DNA of 64,000 bases, taken from assembly GCA_019136685.1 (NCBI GenBank), contig JAGVTS010000064.1:3087-67086 (forward strand). The letters run 5' to 3'. Positions 1 through 9,761 of this stretch are shown piece by piece (the first letter of the stretch is position 1; each line of letters starts with the position of its first letter). The stretch is from Bacillota bacterium (GTDB taxonomy: Bacteria > Bacillota > DTU025). The position numbers and the translations under genes are program-made. Below the pieces are notes generated by a model that saw only the letters and a program-made list of their open reading frames with translations, made no database searches and was not told the origin of the DNA.

Positions 1-1
1 C

Positions 2-610
2 GTGGGCCAGATCGAAGGGCATATGGTTTTGCCTCCGCAGAACAAGACGACCAAGTACGAGCATATCATGCCTCAGCTCGTAGCGATCGAGCAGAGCTCT
101 GAGATCGAGGGTCTACTGATCCTGCTGAACACTGTGGGCGGAGATGTTGAAGCCGGGCTGGCCATGTCAGAGCTTCTCGCCGGTATGACCAAGCCCTCGG
201 TCAGCATTGTGCTGGGGGGCGGCCACTCCATTGCTGTGCCGATAGCCGTGAGCTGCAGTTACTCGATTATCGCCAGTACGGCCACGATGACGATCCATCC
301 GCTCAGGCTCTCCGGCCAGTTGGTCATCGGCACACAGCAGACGTACGAGTATCTCGAGCGCATGCAGGAGCGCGTCATCAAATTCGTTGCCGAGCATTCT
401 AGATGCACACCAGAGAGCTTCCGAGAGCTGATGTTTCGCACCGGCGAACTCCTCCGCGATGTCGGGACGGTGTTGGTTGGCCAGGACGCTGTGGATGCCG
501 GCCTGATTGACTCGGTCGGAAGCCTGTCGGACGCTCTCGACAAGCTGAATGAGTTGATATCCATCAGACGCAAGATATCCGGTGGGAAGAAGCGAGGGAA
601 GGTGCACTGA
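2..610 (+). CDS. ClpP-family peptidase-like protein, TepA-like (N-terminus truncated by window edge)
   Basis: Translation has the ClpP/TepA fold signature (..[25 protein letters not shown]..). It sits just upstream of ftsK/spoIIIE, the position tepA (ymfB) holds in B. subtilis. Confidence 0.55.
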   Translation: MGQIEGHMVLPPQNKTTKYEHIMPQLVAIEQSSEIEGLLILLNTVGGDVEAGLAMSELLAGMTKPSVSIVLGGGHSIAVPIAVSCSYSIIASTATMTIHPLRLSGQLVIGTQQTYEYLERMQERVIKFVAEHSRCTPESFRELMFRTGELLRDVGTVLVGQDAVDAGLIDSVGSLSDALDKLNELISIRRKISGGKKRGKVH

Positions 611-837
611 TGCTCTACACAATCATGCCTCTCGAAGAGGTGTTTGCGGCTCCTCCGTGGGAAGCGGGCTACGCCGGTTCAGCGGCCGCGCCGCATCCTT
701 CGGTTCCGGCAGTCGTAGGTGGAGTGCAGGTGCTAGTTTCGCCCTCGTACGACGGCAGGAACCGCGTGGAGCGCATTATCTCCACCGACCCTGCAGACTA
801 CCTTAACCCGCGGCTGGCCCCCGGCACTTTGATATAG
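610..837 (+). CDS. small hypothetical protein (75 aa) coupled to the upstream gene by a TGATG overlap; occupies a YlzJ-like position between tepA and spoIIIE
   Basis: ATG overlaps the tepA-like stop. GC3 is moderately high. No motif recognised; the YlzJ assignment is positional only. Confidence 0.3.
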   Translation: MLYTIMPLEEVFAAPPWEAGYAGSAAAPHPSVPAVVGGVQVLVSPSYDGRNRVERIISTDPADYLNPRLAPGTLI

Positions 838-931
838 CCTACATCTTGCGTGTAATCGCCGACCTCTGGCGCGCTACATAACCCCTTGCCCGGCCACATA
901 CGGTTGTGTAACCACATGTTGCCGGGGCGAG

Positions 932-1936
932 GTGCGGCTGATGATTATGGCAATTCAGTTCGCCGGCGGACTATCGCTCTTTCTCCTTTCACTGGCGTGT
1001 ATGAGCGCAGCGCTGGGACGCATTATCGGGCCCAGAACGCGTGCGTCGCTTTCGGGAGCGTCTGTGCCCACGGCCTTCGTGACCGGGCTGGCGGCCACTG
1101 CCCTGGTTCAGAGCTCCACTTTGATCAGCGTTACGCTGGTAGGACTGGTGCACGCCGGCGCTATCGGCCTTGGGCCGGGATTCGCGGCTGTTCTGGGCGC
1201 CAATGTCGGAACCACGGTGACCGCGCAGATAGCCGGATTCCGCCCCGCCTGGCTCGGGTGGATAGCGGCTGCGACAGGCGCTGTGCTGATGGCGCTGGCG
1301 ATGCGGGAGCGAGGGGGCGGACGCGCAGCTTCCCGCGCTTTCGGGGGCGTGGCGTCATTTGGATTCGCCGGGATCGTTTACGGCCTGAGTGTCATGGCGG
1401 GGGCGTGCGCGAAGGCGTTCGACTCAGATGCCCTCAAACTGATACTGGCGATTGCGTCCCGCGACAGGGTACTTGCGGCGGCAGTGGGCGCGGCGGCGAC
1501 GGCCGCCGTGCAGAGCAGCGCTCTTGTGACAGCGCTGCTCGTGACGTTGACCCGTGAGGGGTTGATACAACTGCCCGGCGCGGTCGCACTGGTTGTAGGG
1601 AGCAACGTGGGTACATGCTTAGCGTCGCTCGCGGCCTCGCTGCCCACGGGCAGAGAGGCCAGAGCCCTGGCATGGGCCAATATCGTGTTCAACACGCTTG
1701 GGGCGGCGGCGGTCCTGCCATTTACGGAGCCTTTTTCTGAACTGCTGGTCCTTACGTCTGCCGACCCAGGTGTTCAGCTTGCCAACGCCCATGCCCTGTT
1801 CAACATCATTACGGCGGCCGCAGTCCTTCCGTTTTCGCGCCAGTTTGCATCCTTATTTGCCGGCCGCACTAGGGAGCGATCAAGCATTGACAACACTCCA
1901 AGCCATCGTGTTAGGGGTCATTCAAGGTCTTACTGA
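932..1936 (+). CDS. Na+/phosphate cotransporter family (NptA-like, PF02690) membrane protein
   Basis: Polytopic membrane protein with the duplicated QSS(T/A) motif (VQSSTLISVTLVG / VQSSALVTALLVT) typical of Na/Pi-cotransporter II-related proteins. Confidence 0.6.
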   Translation: MRLMIMAIQFAGGLSLFLLSLACMSAALGRIIGPRTRASLSGASVPTAFVTGLAATALVQSSTLISVTLVGLVHAGAIGLGPGFAAVLGANVGTTVTAQIAGFRPAWLGWIAAATGAVLMALAMRERGGGRAASRAFGGVASFGFAGIVYGLSVMAGACAKAFDSDALKLILAIASRDRVLAAAVGAAATAAVQSSALVTALLVTLTREGLIQLPGAVALVVGSNVGTCLASLAASLPTGREARALAWANIVFNTLGAAAVLPFTEPFSELLVLTSADPGVQLANAHALFNIITAAAVLPFSRQFASLFAGRTRERSSIDNTPSHRVRGHSRSY

Positions 1937-2708
1937 GTTTCTGCCGGTGTCGAGCTCGGGGCACTTGGCGCTGGCACAGATGATCATGGGAGTGCAGCCC
2001 TCGGTGACGTTCGCGCTCGGGGTGCACGCGGGAACGGCCCTGGCAGTTCTGGCGCTGTACGGCCGTGACGTCTGGCGCATAATCACCGGCTTCTTCAGGG
2101 GAATAGCCTACCGTGACGGTAGTGCGCGGTTGGCGCTGTGCCTTGTATTCACCAGTATTCCGGCGGCCATTGTGGGCTTTGCCGCCAGCGATGCGGTGGA
2201 GTCCGCCTTCGGCTCGCCAATGTTCGTGGCAATCGGCCTGCTGATATCGGGGGTCGTACTCTGGGTGACGGGCGGTCGCGCGACTCCTGGCCGCGCCTCA
2301 AGGCGACTCGTCACTGGGCGCACCATCACGTACGGCCAGGCCTTGGGGGTTGGCATATCCCAGGCGCTTGCGGTGTTTCCAGGTGTTTCGCGTTCGGGGA
2401 TGACCATCTCGGGGGCGCTCGGGCTCGGCTTCGACAGGGCGTTCGCCGCGACTTACTCATTCATCGCATCGCTTCCGGTGATCCTGGGCGCTGTGGCGCT
2501 CTGGCCGATTTCCAATCCGGACGCCCTCGCTTCTATCCACCTTCCATCGCTGGCGGCGGGAGCAGCCGCCTCCTTCGTGTCAGGAGTAGTCGCAATGCTC
2601 GCCCTCAGGAGCATTGTGCAACACGGCAAGCTCAGGCGGTTCTCATACTACCTCTGGGCATTGGGCCTCGCGGCTATCCTGTGGGAAACTAGAGGATTGT
2701 GGCTTTGA
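1887..2708 (+). CDS. uppP: undecaprenyl-diphosphatase UppP/BacA
   Basis: N-terminal LQAIVLGVIQGLTEFLPVSSSGHL matches the UppP signature. Start set at in-frame TTG 1887; the listed ORF start 1698 would give an unconserved extension overlapping the Na/Pi gene. Confidence 0.85.
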   Translation: MTTLQAIVLGVIQGLTEFLPVSSSGHLALAQMIMGVQPSVTFALGVHAGTALAVLALYGRDVWRIITGFFRGIAYRDGSARLALCLVFTSIPAAIVGFAASDAVESAFGSPMFVAIGLLISGVVLWVTGGRATPGRASRRLVTGRTITYGQALGVGISQALAVFPGVSRSGMTISGALGLGFDRAFAATYSFIASLPVILGAVALWPISNPDALASIHLPSLAAGAAASFVSGVVAMLALRSIVQHGKLRRFSYYLWALGLAAILWETRGLWL

Positions 2709-2741
2709 AAGTAGAATTGAGGTCCTAGGTGGTGAGCATGT

Positions 2742-5135
2742 GTGACAGCACGGCGAGCCCGTCGGCCGGCCCGGGCCGCCGGAGGGGCTAAGAGGCAGAA
2801 AACCAAGGCAAAACCGAGCCGCGAGGAACAAGCGCTCGAAGGGGATCTGGGCGTCGAAATCGGCGGCATATCTCTTCTGGCCGCCGCCGGGGTGGGGCTT
2901 GTGTCGCTCGTGCGGGGCCCGGCCGGGTATGTGGGCGGGGCGCTTGCGACCGCCCTGCTGAGCGCTTTGGGAAGAGGCGCCTATGTCGTCCCCTTGATTG
3001 CGGCGCTAACGGGGATACTGATGCTCTGGCGTCGCACCGGCTATGTGGTGATGGTGCGCCTGGTCGGGCTGGCTGTCGCATCTTCGGCAGCTGTGGTCGC
3101 CTTTGAGCTGGCCGCAGTTGACGGCGCTCCTCTTGCGTTGTCGTTTTCCGACTACTTGGCGAGCTCGGGCGTTCTGGGCGGGGGAGCTGTGGGCGCAGCT
3201 GGAGCCTGGGCATTCATGCGTCTGTTCGGTTACGCAGGAACCGTGGTAGTGCTGTGCGCCATGGGCGCTGCGGGCCTTGCCATGGCCACCAACGTGTCGG
3301 TGGCCAGCGCTGTGACGTGGGTTGCCCGGACGGTTTGGTCGGCCATATGTCTTGCTATCAGGATGATTAGGGCGGGGTTCGATGCGATCGTACTCAATCT
3401 GTTCGAAGAGCGTCCGCCACTACCGGACGTTCCCCATGAGGCGAGAGCAGTGGGCGCTGAGCCTGTCGACGTTTCGCCTCCGACCCCGGTTGGACCGCGT
3501 TCCGATCCAGCCATCGCGCCCGCTGCATCTTCTGTATCCGCTCCATCCGCCGCGGGTGGGGCAGCTAGGCGAGTCGCGGCCGCATCCTCGCCAGCGGCAG
3601 AGGCGCCCGGTCTGCCGCTGCAGCAGCTGAAGTTGATTGACGATGACACTGCCGCAATGCTCCCTCCGCTGTCGATCCTCAGAGCGCCAGTGCGCCGCAG
3701 GGCGGCGCGAAAGGATTCGGAGGATCCCAGTGCGCTGGGGCGAATGCTCGAAGAGACGCTTGCCAGCTTCGGTGTTGATGCTACGGTGGTCGGCGTCAGC
3801 CAGGGTCCCATGGTGACCCGGTTCGAGGTCCAGCCGGGCGTGGGGGTGAAAGTGTCGAAGATCGTCAACCTCGCTGACGATCTGGCCTTGGCTTTCGCCT
3901 CTGCGGGCGTGCGCATCGAGGCGCCGATACCCGGCAAGTCCGCTGTGGGAATCGAAGTGCCCAGCCGAGAGAAGTCCATGGTCTACTTGCGCGAGGTTCT
4001 CGATTCCGACGAGTTCCGCGGGGCCCAATCGCGCCTTACTATGGCGCTGGGCAAGGATATTGCCGGCGCCCCCATAGTGGCCGACCTGGCGGACATGCTC
4101 CACCTGCTGGTTGCCGGGGCTACAGGCTCCGGAAAGAGCGTATGTCTGAACTCGATAATCTGCAGCCTGCTCTTTAAGGCTACGCCTGAGGAAGTCAGGC
4201 TACTGATGATAGATCCCAAACGTGTGGAGCTTTCGGTATACGATGGGATTCCTCACCTCCTCGCCCCGGTGATCACCGATCCCAAGAAGGCCTCCGGCTA
4301 CCTCCGCTGGGTTGTCGAGGAGATGGAGAACAGGTACCGCCTTTTCCAGATAGCGGGAGCCAGGAACATCGCTCAGTACAACGACATGGTCAAGTCGGGC
4401 GATTTGGAGCAGTTCCTGCCGGACCAAGAGGCGGAGGCTGAAGCCGACGCCGAGGCCCCGCTGCCTCGGGCGCTGTCGTATGTCGTTGTGATCGTGGACG
4501 AGCTGGCCGACTTGATGATGGTGGCACAGCGCGAAGTGGAGGACGCCATAGCCAGGCTGGCCTTCATGGCCCGCGCTGCCGGCATTCACCTGCTGATAGC
4601 CACTCAGAGGCCGTCGGTGGATATACTGACCGGAATAATCAAGGCCAACATCCCGTCTAGGATCGCCTTTGCCGTGTCGAGCCAAGTGGATTCGCGCATC
4701 ATACTCGACACCGCGGGCGCCGAGCGCCTGCTGGGCAAGGGCGACATGCTTTTCCACCCGGTGGGGCTGCCTAAGCCCATCCGGGTCCAGGGCGCCTACA
4801 TCTCCGACGAGGAGGTGGCGGCGCTAGTGGACTTTGTGCGACGTCGAGGCGAACCGCTCTACGAAGCCGAGAGTGTGGAGTCCTCCGTGAAGACGGGAGA
4901 AGGGATAGCCGAGGACGACGAGCTGTTTGCGGAAGCGGCCACGCTGGTGGTTCAGACCGGCGAGGCGTCCATATCCAAGATACAACGGAGATTCAGGGTA
5001 GGCTACGCGCGAGCCGCACGGTTGATCGATACCATGGAAGTGCTGGGCATCATCGGCCCTTACGAGGGCAGCAAACCCCGAAAGGTGCTAATGGACGAGG
5101 CTGGACTTGAGGAAGTGCTCGGGCGTCGCGGATGA
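2742..5135 (+). CDS. ftsK: DNA translocase FtsK/SpoIIIE
   Basis: N-terminal 4-TM region, Ala/Pro-rich linker, motor domain with Walker A GATGSGKSVCLNS, Walker B VVIVDELADLM, and a C-terminal winged-helix gamma domain. Confidence 0.9.
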   Translation: MTARRARRPARAAGGAKRQKTKAKPSREEQALEGDLGVEIGGISLLAAAGVGLVSLVRGPAGYVGGALATALLSALGRGAYVVPLIAALTGILMLWRRTGYVVMVRLVGLAVASSAAVVAFELAAVDGAPLALSFSDYLASSGVLGGGAVGAAGAWAFMRLFGYAGTVVVLCAMGAAGLAMATNVSVASAVTWVARTVWSAICLAIRMIRAGFDAIVLNLFEERPPLPDVPHEARAVGAEPVDVSPPTPVGPRSDPAIAPAASSVSAPSAAGGAARRVAAASSPAAEAPGLPLQQLKLIDDDTAAMLPPLSILRAPVRRRAARKDSEDPSALGRMLEETLASFGVDATVVGVSQGPMVTRFEVQPGVGVKVSKIVNLADDLALAFASAGVRIEAPIPGKSAVGIEVPSREKSMVYLREVLDSDEFRGAQSRLTMALGKDIAGAPIVADLADMLHLLVAGATGSGKSVCLNSIICSLLFKATPEEVRLLMIDPKRVELSVYDGIPHLLAPVITDPKKASGYLRWVVEEMENRYRLFQIAGARNIAQYNDMVKSGDLEQFLPDQEAEAEADAEAPLPRALSYVVVIVDELADLMMVAQREVEDAIARLAFMARAAGIHLLIATQRPSVDILTGIIKANIPSRIAFAVSSQVDSRIILDTAGAERLLGKGDMLFHPVGLPKPIRVQGAYISDEEVAALVDFVRRRGEPLYEAESVESSVKTGEGIAEDDELFAEAATLVVQTGEASISKIQRRFRVGYARAARLIDTMEVLGIIGPYEGSKPRKVLMDEAGLEEVLGRRG

Positions 5136-5160
5136 CAAACACACGCGGGAGGTGCTAGCT

Positions 5161-5607
5161 TTGAAGGAGATCGGCGACCTTCTGAGGGAGGCGCGTGAGG
5201 CTTGCGGCATGACACTGCAGCAGGCCAGCGAAATCACCAAGGTCCGCACGAAGTACCTTGAGGCCATCGAAAACGGTGAGTTCGCCGCCATACCCGGGGA
5301 GGTGTACCTCAAGGGTTTCATACGCACTTACGCCGACTGCCTCGGCCTCGATGGCACGCAGGTGCTCGTGCAGTACAAGGAACTGCGGCATGCGCGCGAT
5401 TCGGCGGCGCTGCGTCAGCTTGAGCAGGAGCGGATCGGCAGGATGGAGCGTACCCGCGAGGAGAGGAAGCAGCGGCGTCTGCTCGCGTTGGGAAAGGGTA
5501 TCTTGGCAACGCTGATAGTGGCGGCTGTGGCGCTTGTGCTCTACTACACCGGCCGGTCCATGGGGCTCATCAAGTGGACGCCCTCGTGGCTCGAGTGGCT
5601 CCGGTAA
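5161..5607 (+). CDS. short RodZ-like protein (XRE-type HTH plus single C-terminal TM; no extracytoplasmic domain)
   Basis: HTH (MTLQQASEITKVRTKYLEAIE) followed by the RodZ-typical EVYLKGFIRTYADCLGLD, then a TM helix. TTG start 5161 preceded by GGGAGG. Confidence 0.55.
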   Translation: MKEIGDLLREAREACGMTLQQASEITKVRTKYLEAIENGEFAAIPGEVYLKGFIRTYADCLGLDGTQVLVQYKELRHARDSAALRQLEQERIGRMERTREERKQRRLLALGKGILATLIVAAVALVLYYTGRSMGLIKWTPSWLEWLR

Positions 5608-5625
5608 GCGAAAGAAGGTCGGCCT

Positions 5626-7785
5626 GTGCGCACTGTTCAGGACCTCATTGACGATCTGGGCCGACTTGCCGGGCCCCGATTCGACGAGACGGTATTCGAG
5701 CTGTTCCACCGGGGGCCCAGAGCGTTGGATCGGCTGTCGGCTTACTGGGAGTCGGGCGCGTCGGCGGAGACCCGAAACAGGATCCGCGCCTCCGTACAGA
5801 GCCAGTGGACGCGCATACAGGAAGTCCTGGTGGATATGGCGCCGCGCGCGTTCGGCTCGGCCGGGGCGCGTTTGGCAGTATCTATGGGACCCGTCGATTC
5901 ACTGGCGCGCCGGGCTCAGCGCTGCATAGAGCAGGGCAGGCTGGATACGGCGGCGGCTATCGCTTCAGCGCTGGCCGCGTCGGGTAGCGATGGTGTGGAC
6001 CAGGCCGTGCTGGAGGCACGCATCGCAATGGCGGTCGGTCGGCCCGAGCAGGCCATGTCTCGGCTGGGCGGGTATTGCCAGGCGACCCCGTTCGCATGGT
6101 CCAGCAGTGCGGCTGGGGAATGGTTCGCACGCGCGGCTCAGGACGCAGGTCGGTCAGTTGAGGCCTTTCTGTCCAGGCTGCATCTGGAGCCGGATATGGG
6201 CGCAGTGTCCGAGATCGTCATGTCGCTGGCGGACGCAGACGATGGCCCTGGGCTTGCGTCTTGCATCGCACAGGTGGCGCGCTCCGGGGAACAGGCGCTA
6301 TGGGCGCTGCTGGCCGAATCAGCCGCGGCAGCGCTTGATGATGCCCTGGGCGTCCACAGCGGCCTCGTGACTGACTTTTTCGGGATGGGCAGCGAAATCG
6401 AGAGCCTGATCGATACTATCGAGAGTGTGATCGCCGATATGGAACCGTCGATGCCTGCGCCGGCAGAGCGATCCATGGCCGCAGAGCTTGTGTCGCTGGC
6501 GTGTGATGCATGCGAGACGCTGATCTCCGCTGAGCGTGTGCATTCGGAAGTCAGAGGCCGGCCGGACGAGGAAGGAAGCGGTATCCTGGAGATCATGTCA
6601 TCCTTTTTGGGCGTCACTGACCCTCCGCCCAGATTCGACCATGATAGCGAGAACCGCGCATGGATGTGGGCCTGCAGTAAGCGTCCGCCGCAGGACGCTC
6701 TCTCCCGAGCTAGGCTGGCCGCGTTGATGCACGGGGCTTCGTGGAGAGTGTTCTGGAAGAACGGGGAGTTTGTCGTCGCGGTATCGTTATCATCGTCGCC
6801 GTCGCCGTCGCCCTCAACCTCGCCGCCTTCGGCGTCTGCATCTACCTTGGCTTCGGGCCTAGACGCCTCCGCGATAGAGCGAATGCTCAAGTCGCTGCCG
6901 CCGCAGGAGGCGGCGGAGTCGCTTATACATGCCATCCGGAGCGTGCAGGCTCATCACGCTCGAAACTTGCTGGACGGGGCGTGTCGGACGCTCCGAGAGA
7001 TGACCGGCGCGCTTGGTGCGGTGGGCGATATGGCATCTGACCCGTCTCTAGCGCTTGACGGGGCTCGGCGCGCAGTCGCCAAGATCAGGGCGGAGATGGA
7101 ACGCTGGCTGAGCCATATTGCAGAGGCCTCGGGTTCATCAGAGGATGGGGAGGCAGCGGGTGAGCCGCCTGTCGCGGTGACCGACGAGTGGAGCCTGCCT
7201 GACGAGCTTGACTGCAGTGCTGAGGCGTATCAGGCGCTTCGCACGGCTCACCTGCTCATCGCCGGGTTGGGCGCTGAGGACATGCTCCCGCCTGAGCAGG
7301 CGGAGCTGCCTGCTTTTCTGCTGCAGAAGGCCGTGCAACTCGAAGCCGAGCACAAGCTGGGAGACGCTCTGGCAGCGCACCGGCTGAGGTCGCAGGCGCT
7401 CGCGGCCACGCGCGACCGTGGCAAACGTCGCCGCGAGCTTGATCCGGGTTTTGTGCGTGATGCCGTGTCCCGGGCGCCACGGGGCATCAGCCCCGACAGA
7501 GTTCGGGGTGGGCTCGAGCGCTTGTTCGCTCGTGTTCTGGACGGCAGTTCCAGGCCGCTTACTGGAGACCTGTTCCTGGCTGGTCTGGCTCTGGCCTACC
7601 TGGATCCGATGGGCGACCCGGAGCGGTCGGCCGCTCTGGGATCGGCGCTTCTGGCCATGGGCGAGGCGGCAGCAACTGCGACGACAGGCGATACGCAGGG
7701 GAGTCGGGGCCTACGCAGGTTGGAGCAGGCCGGAATCGAGGCTCTTCGGGTAATGAGTCCATTCAGAGGCAGGGAAGGTCGGTGA
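5626..7785 (+). CDS. hypothetical Ala-rich, acidic, largely helical protein (719 aa) with internal SPSPSPSTSPP linker
   Basis: Long ORF with strong GC3 bias consistent with real coding. GTG start with AGAAGG SD. No motif recognised. Confidence 0.55.
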   Translation: MRTVQDLIDDLGRLAGPRFDETVFELFHRGPRALDRLSAYWESGASAETRNRIRASVQSQWTRIQEVLVDMAPRAFGSAGARLAVSMGPVDSLARRAQRCIEQGRLDTAAAIASALAASGSDGVDQAVLEARIAMAVGRPEQAMSRLGGYCQATPFAWSSSAAGEWFARAAQDAGRSVEAFLSRLHLEPDMGAVSEIVMSLADADDGPGLASCIAQVARSGEQALWALLAESAAAALDDALGVHSGLVTDFFGMGSEIESLIDTIESVIADMEPSMPAPAERSMAAELVSLACDACETLISAERVHSEVRGRPDEEGSGILEIMSSFLGVTDPPPRFDHDSENRAWMWACSKRPPQDALSRARLAALMHGASWRVFWKNGEFVVAVSLSSSPSPSPSTSPPSASASTLASGLDASAIERMLKSLPPQEAAESLIHAIRSVQAHHARNLLDGACRTLREMTGALGAVGDMASDPSLALDGARRAVAKIRAEMERWLSHIAEASGSSEDGEAAGEPPVAVTDEWSLPDELDCSAEAYQALRTAHLLIAGLGAEDMLPPEQAELPAFLLQKAVQLEAEHKLGDALAAHRLRSQALAATRDRGKRRRELDPGFVRDAVSRAPRGISPDRVRGGLERLFARVLDGSSRPLTGDLFLAGLALAYLDPMGDPERSAALGSALLAMGEAAATATTGDTQGSRGLRRLEQAGIEALRVMSPFRGREGR
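6793..6813 (+). repeat. short (TCGCCG)n-like microsatellite encoding the SPSPSP linker inside the 719-aa ORF
   Basis: tcgtcgccgtcgccgtcgccc read directly in the sequence. Confidence 0.5.
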
Positions 7786-7792
7786 ACCCTGA

Positions 7793-8692
7793 GTGGAATA
7801 CGGAATCGGGCGCGTATCCGGAATCGACATGGAGTTGCTGGTCGAGCTCTTCAACGATGCTTACAGCGATTACTATGTCGACATTCAAGTCAACCCGGAT
7901 CGACTACGCAGGCTCATAGAGAGGGAGGATATTCAGGTCGACAATTCCTTTGTCGCGTATGAGGAGCAGCGGCCCGTGGGCGTGGTCTTCCTGGGCGTGA
8001 GAGGCAGGCGCGGCTACATCTGCGGCATGGGGGTGCGCAGGAGCCGGCAGCGAAGGGGCATCGGGGAGCTGTTGATGCGGCGCGTGCTATCCGAAGCCAA
8101 ACGGTTGGGGCTCAACACGATCCAGCTGGAGGTGGTGGCTGCTAACCGCCGAGCGACAGCCCTCTACTCCAAACTGGGGTTTGTGCCCATGCGCGATCTG
8201 GGGCTGTGGGAGAGGAACACTCCTCCGCCCGCACCCGAGCCCGCGCCTGTGCGTGCTGACGTTGCCGTCGCCTCGCAGCCCGGAGCGCGGGTGGGCGCGG
8301 TGCGCATGCCGGGCGTGCTTCCCCTGGTCGATGCGTTCAATGAGATCCGGCCGTGCTGGCAGAATGAGGCGCAGTCGCTCGTGAAGATGAGCGACAGGCT
8401 CGTGGGCTACGTTTCCCATCTGGACAGCGCGGCTACAGCTTATGCCTTATTCGGCGAGTCGGCGGGCGGTTTGTACATAGCCGACTTCGCAGCCGCTTCC
8501 AGGCTAGGCAATGCCCAGAGGCAGAGCATGTGTGAGATTCTGCTGTCGACGGTGGACCGCGACGTGCCGCGCGCGTCCGCGAAGGCTTTCAACATCCCTC
8601 TCCAGGGCTACCAGGAAGCGGCTCTTCGCGCCCGCGGGTTCGAGCTTACCCTTACCCAGCAGGAGATGGTATTGTGCTTAAAGTGGCGATAA
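7793..8692 (+). CDS. GNAT family N-acetyltransferase with an extra C-terminal domain of unknown function
   Basis: Acetyl-CoA binding motif RRSRQRRGIGELLMRRVLSEAKRLGLNTIQLEV...LYSKLGF. Alternative ATG start at 7829. Confidence 0.7.
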   Translation: MEYGIGRVSGIDMELLVELFNDAYSDYYVDIQVNPDRLRRLIEREDIQVDNSFVAYEEQRPVGVVFLGVRGRRGYICGMGVRRSRQRRGIGELLMRRVLSEAKRLGLNTIQLEVVAANRRATALYSKLGFVPMRDLGLWERNTPPPAPEPAPVRADVAVASQPGARVGAVRMPGVLPLVDAFNEIRPCWQNEAQSLVKMSDRLVGYVSHLDSAATAYALFGESAGGLYIADFAAASRLGNAQRQSMCEILLSTVDRDVPRASAKAFNIPLQGYQEAALRARGFELTLTQQEMVLCLKWR

Positions 8693-8943
8693 CTACATTT
8701 GCTACGGTGTTCCTGGCCGAACTGGGCGACAAGACTCAACTTGCAACCATGCTGCTGGTGGCGCAGGGCAAGTCGCCTCTTGCGGTTTTCCTGGGATCAG
8801 CATCGGCACTGGTCGTGTCGTCGCTCGTCGGTGTGCTGGCAGGAGGCGTGGTCGCAAAGTATATTCCCGAGATATGGGTGAGGATAGCGGCAGGGTCAGG
8901 TTTTATCATTCTCGGCGTGCTTCTGCTGCTCGGCCGGTTCTGA
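8674..8943 (+). CDS. UPF0016 (GDT1/TMEM165/MneA family) single-domain half-transporter, 89 aa
   Basis: Signature E-x-G-D-K-T (FLAELGDKTQLATM) plus hydrophobic helices. GTG start overlaps the 3' end of the GNAT gene by 19 nt. Confidence 0.65.
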   Translation: MLKVAITTFATVFLAELGDKTQLATMLLVAQGKSPLAVFLGSASALVVSSLVGVLAGGVVAKYIPEIWVRIAAGSGFIILGVLLLLGRF

Positions 8944-8972
8944 CATACACAAACAGGAGGTGTGTCCGGCAG

Positions 8973-9761
8973 ATGAAGACTAGGATGCTCGTTTCCGCGT
9001 TGCTGGCGACGATTATGGCTATTCTGACTGCTCAGGGCGTGTGGGTCGTCCCCGTGTCGGCGTCCGGCCTGCCCAGCCTGGAGGAGAGGATCACCGCGGC
9101 CGATCTGCACTGGTCTCGGCGATCGCAGGCGGGCGTGACTGAGGTACTGCTGCAGAACTTGGAGGGCGCCGACAGGGACTACCCCGACCAGGGAGAAGTC
9201 TTGTGGAGGCTCGCCAGAGCATACTGGTGGAAGTCGACTCGCTTCCCAAAGGACGACAAGAAGACCAGGATCGAATGGCTGGACAAGGCCAAGGCCACAG
9301 GCGAGAGAGCGGCCAAGGCGGCGCCCGGAAACCCCGACGCCCATTACTGGTATGCAGCTGCGATGGCGGAGACTGGCGTCGCCAGGGGGATACTACAGAG
9401 CCTGTTCATGGTGAAGCCAACGAGGGAGGCGCTGGAACGCGGGCTGGAGGCAGACCCCAACCATGCCAGCTGCCATTACCTCATGGCAGAGCTATACCTG
9501 CAGCTTCCCGGGCCTCCGCTCTCCATAGGCAACAAGCAGAAGTCTGTGCAGGAGGCGCGGCTAGCAGTGAAGTACGGCCCCGACTCGTCATCGCACTGGC
9601 TCGTTCTGGGACGCGCGCTGATAGCCACAAAACAGTATGACGAGGCCCGTCAGGCGCTCAACACTTTGCTGGCAATGGCGCCTGACCCGGGTGATCCAGA
9701 CGGCACCCGGGCCGATCAGGACGAGGCCCGCGCTGAACTGCAGTCGATAGCCAACAAATGA
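8973..9761 (+). CDS. secreted TPR-like repeat protein
   Basis: ATG 8973 preceded by AGGAGG. Signal peptide MKTRMLVSALLATIMAILTAQG, then TPR-like Ala/Trp/Tyr-rich helical repeats. Confidence 0.5.
   Translation: MKTRMLVSALLATIMAILTAQGVWVVPVSASGLPSLEERITAADLHWSRRSQAGVTEVLLQNLEGADRDYPDQGEVLWRLARAYWWKSTRFPKDDKKTRIEWLDKAKATGERAAKAAPGNPDAHYWYAAAMAETGVARGILQSLFMVKPTREALERGLEADPNHASCHYLMAELYLQLPGPPLSIGNKQKSVQEARLAVKYGPDSSSHWLVLGRALIATKQYDEARQALNTLLAMAPDPGDPDGTRADQDEARAELQSIANK

Noticed and set aside
1698-1886. N-terminal 63-codon extension of the uppP ORF
   Set aside because: Unconserved, overlaps the Na/Pi transporter gene in another frame. The UppP signature begins exactly at the internal TTG 1887.
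3230-4103. 249-aa and 227-aa ORFs on the - strand inside ftsK
   Set aside because: Antisense to the FtsK linker and motor domain; composition-driven.
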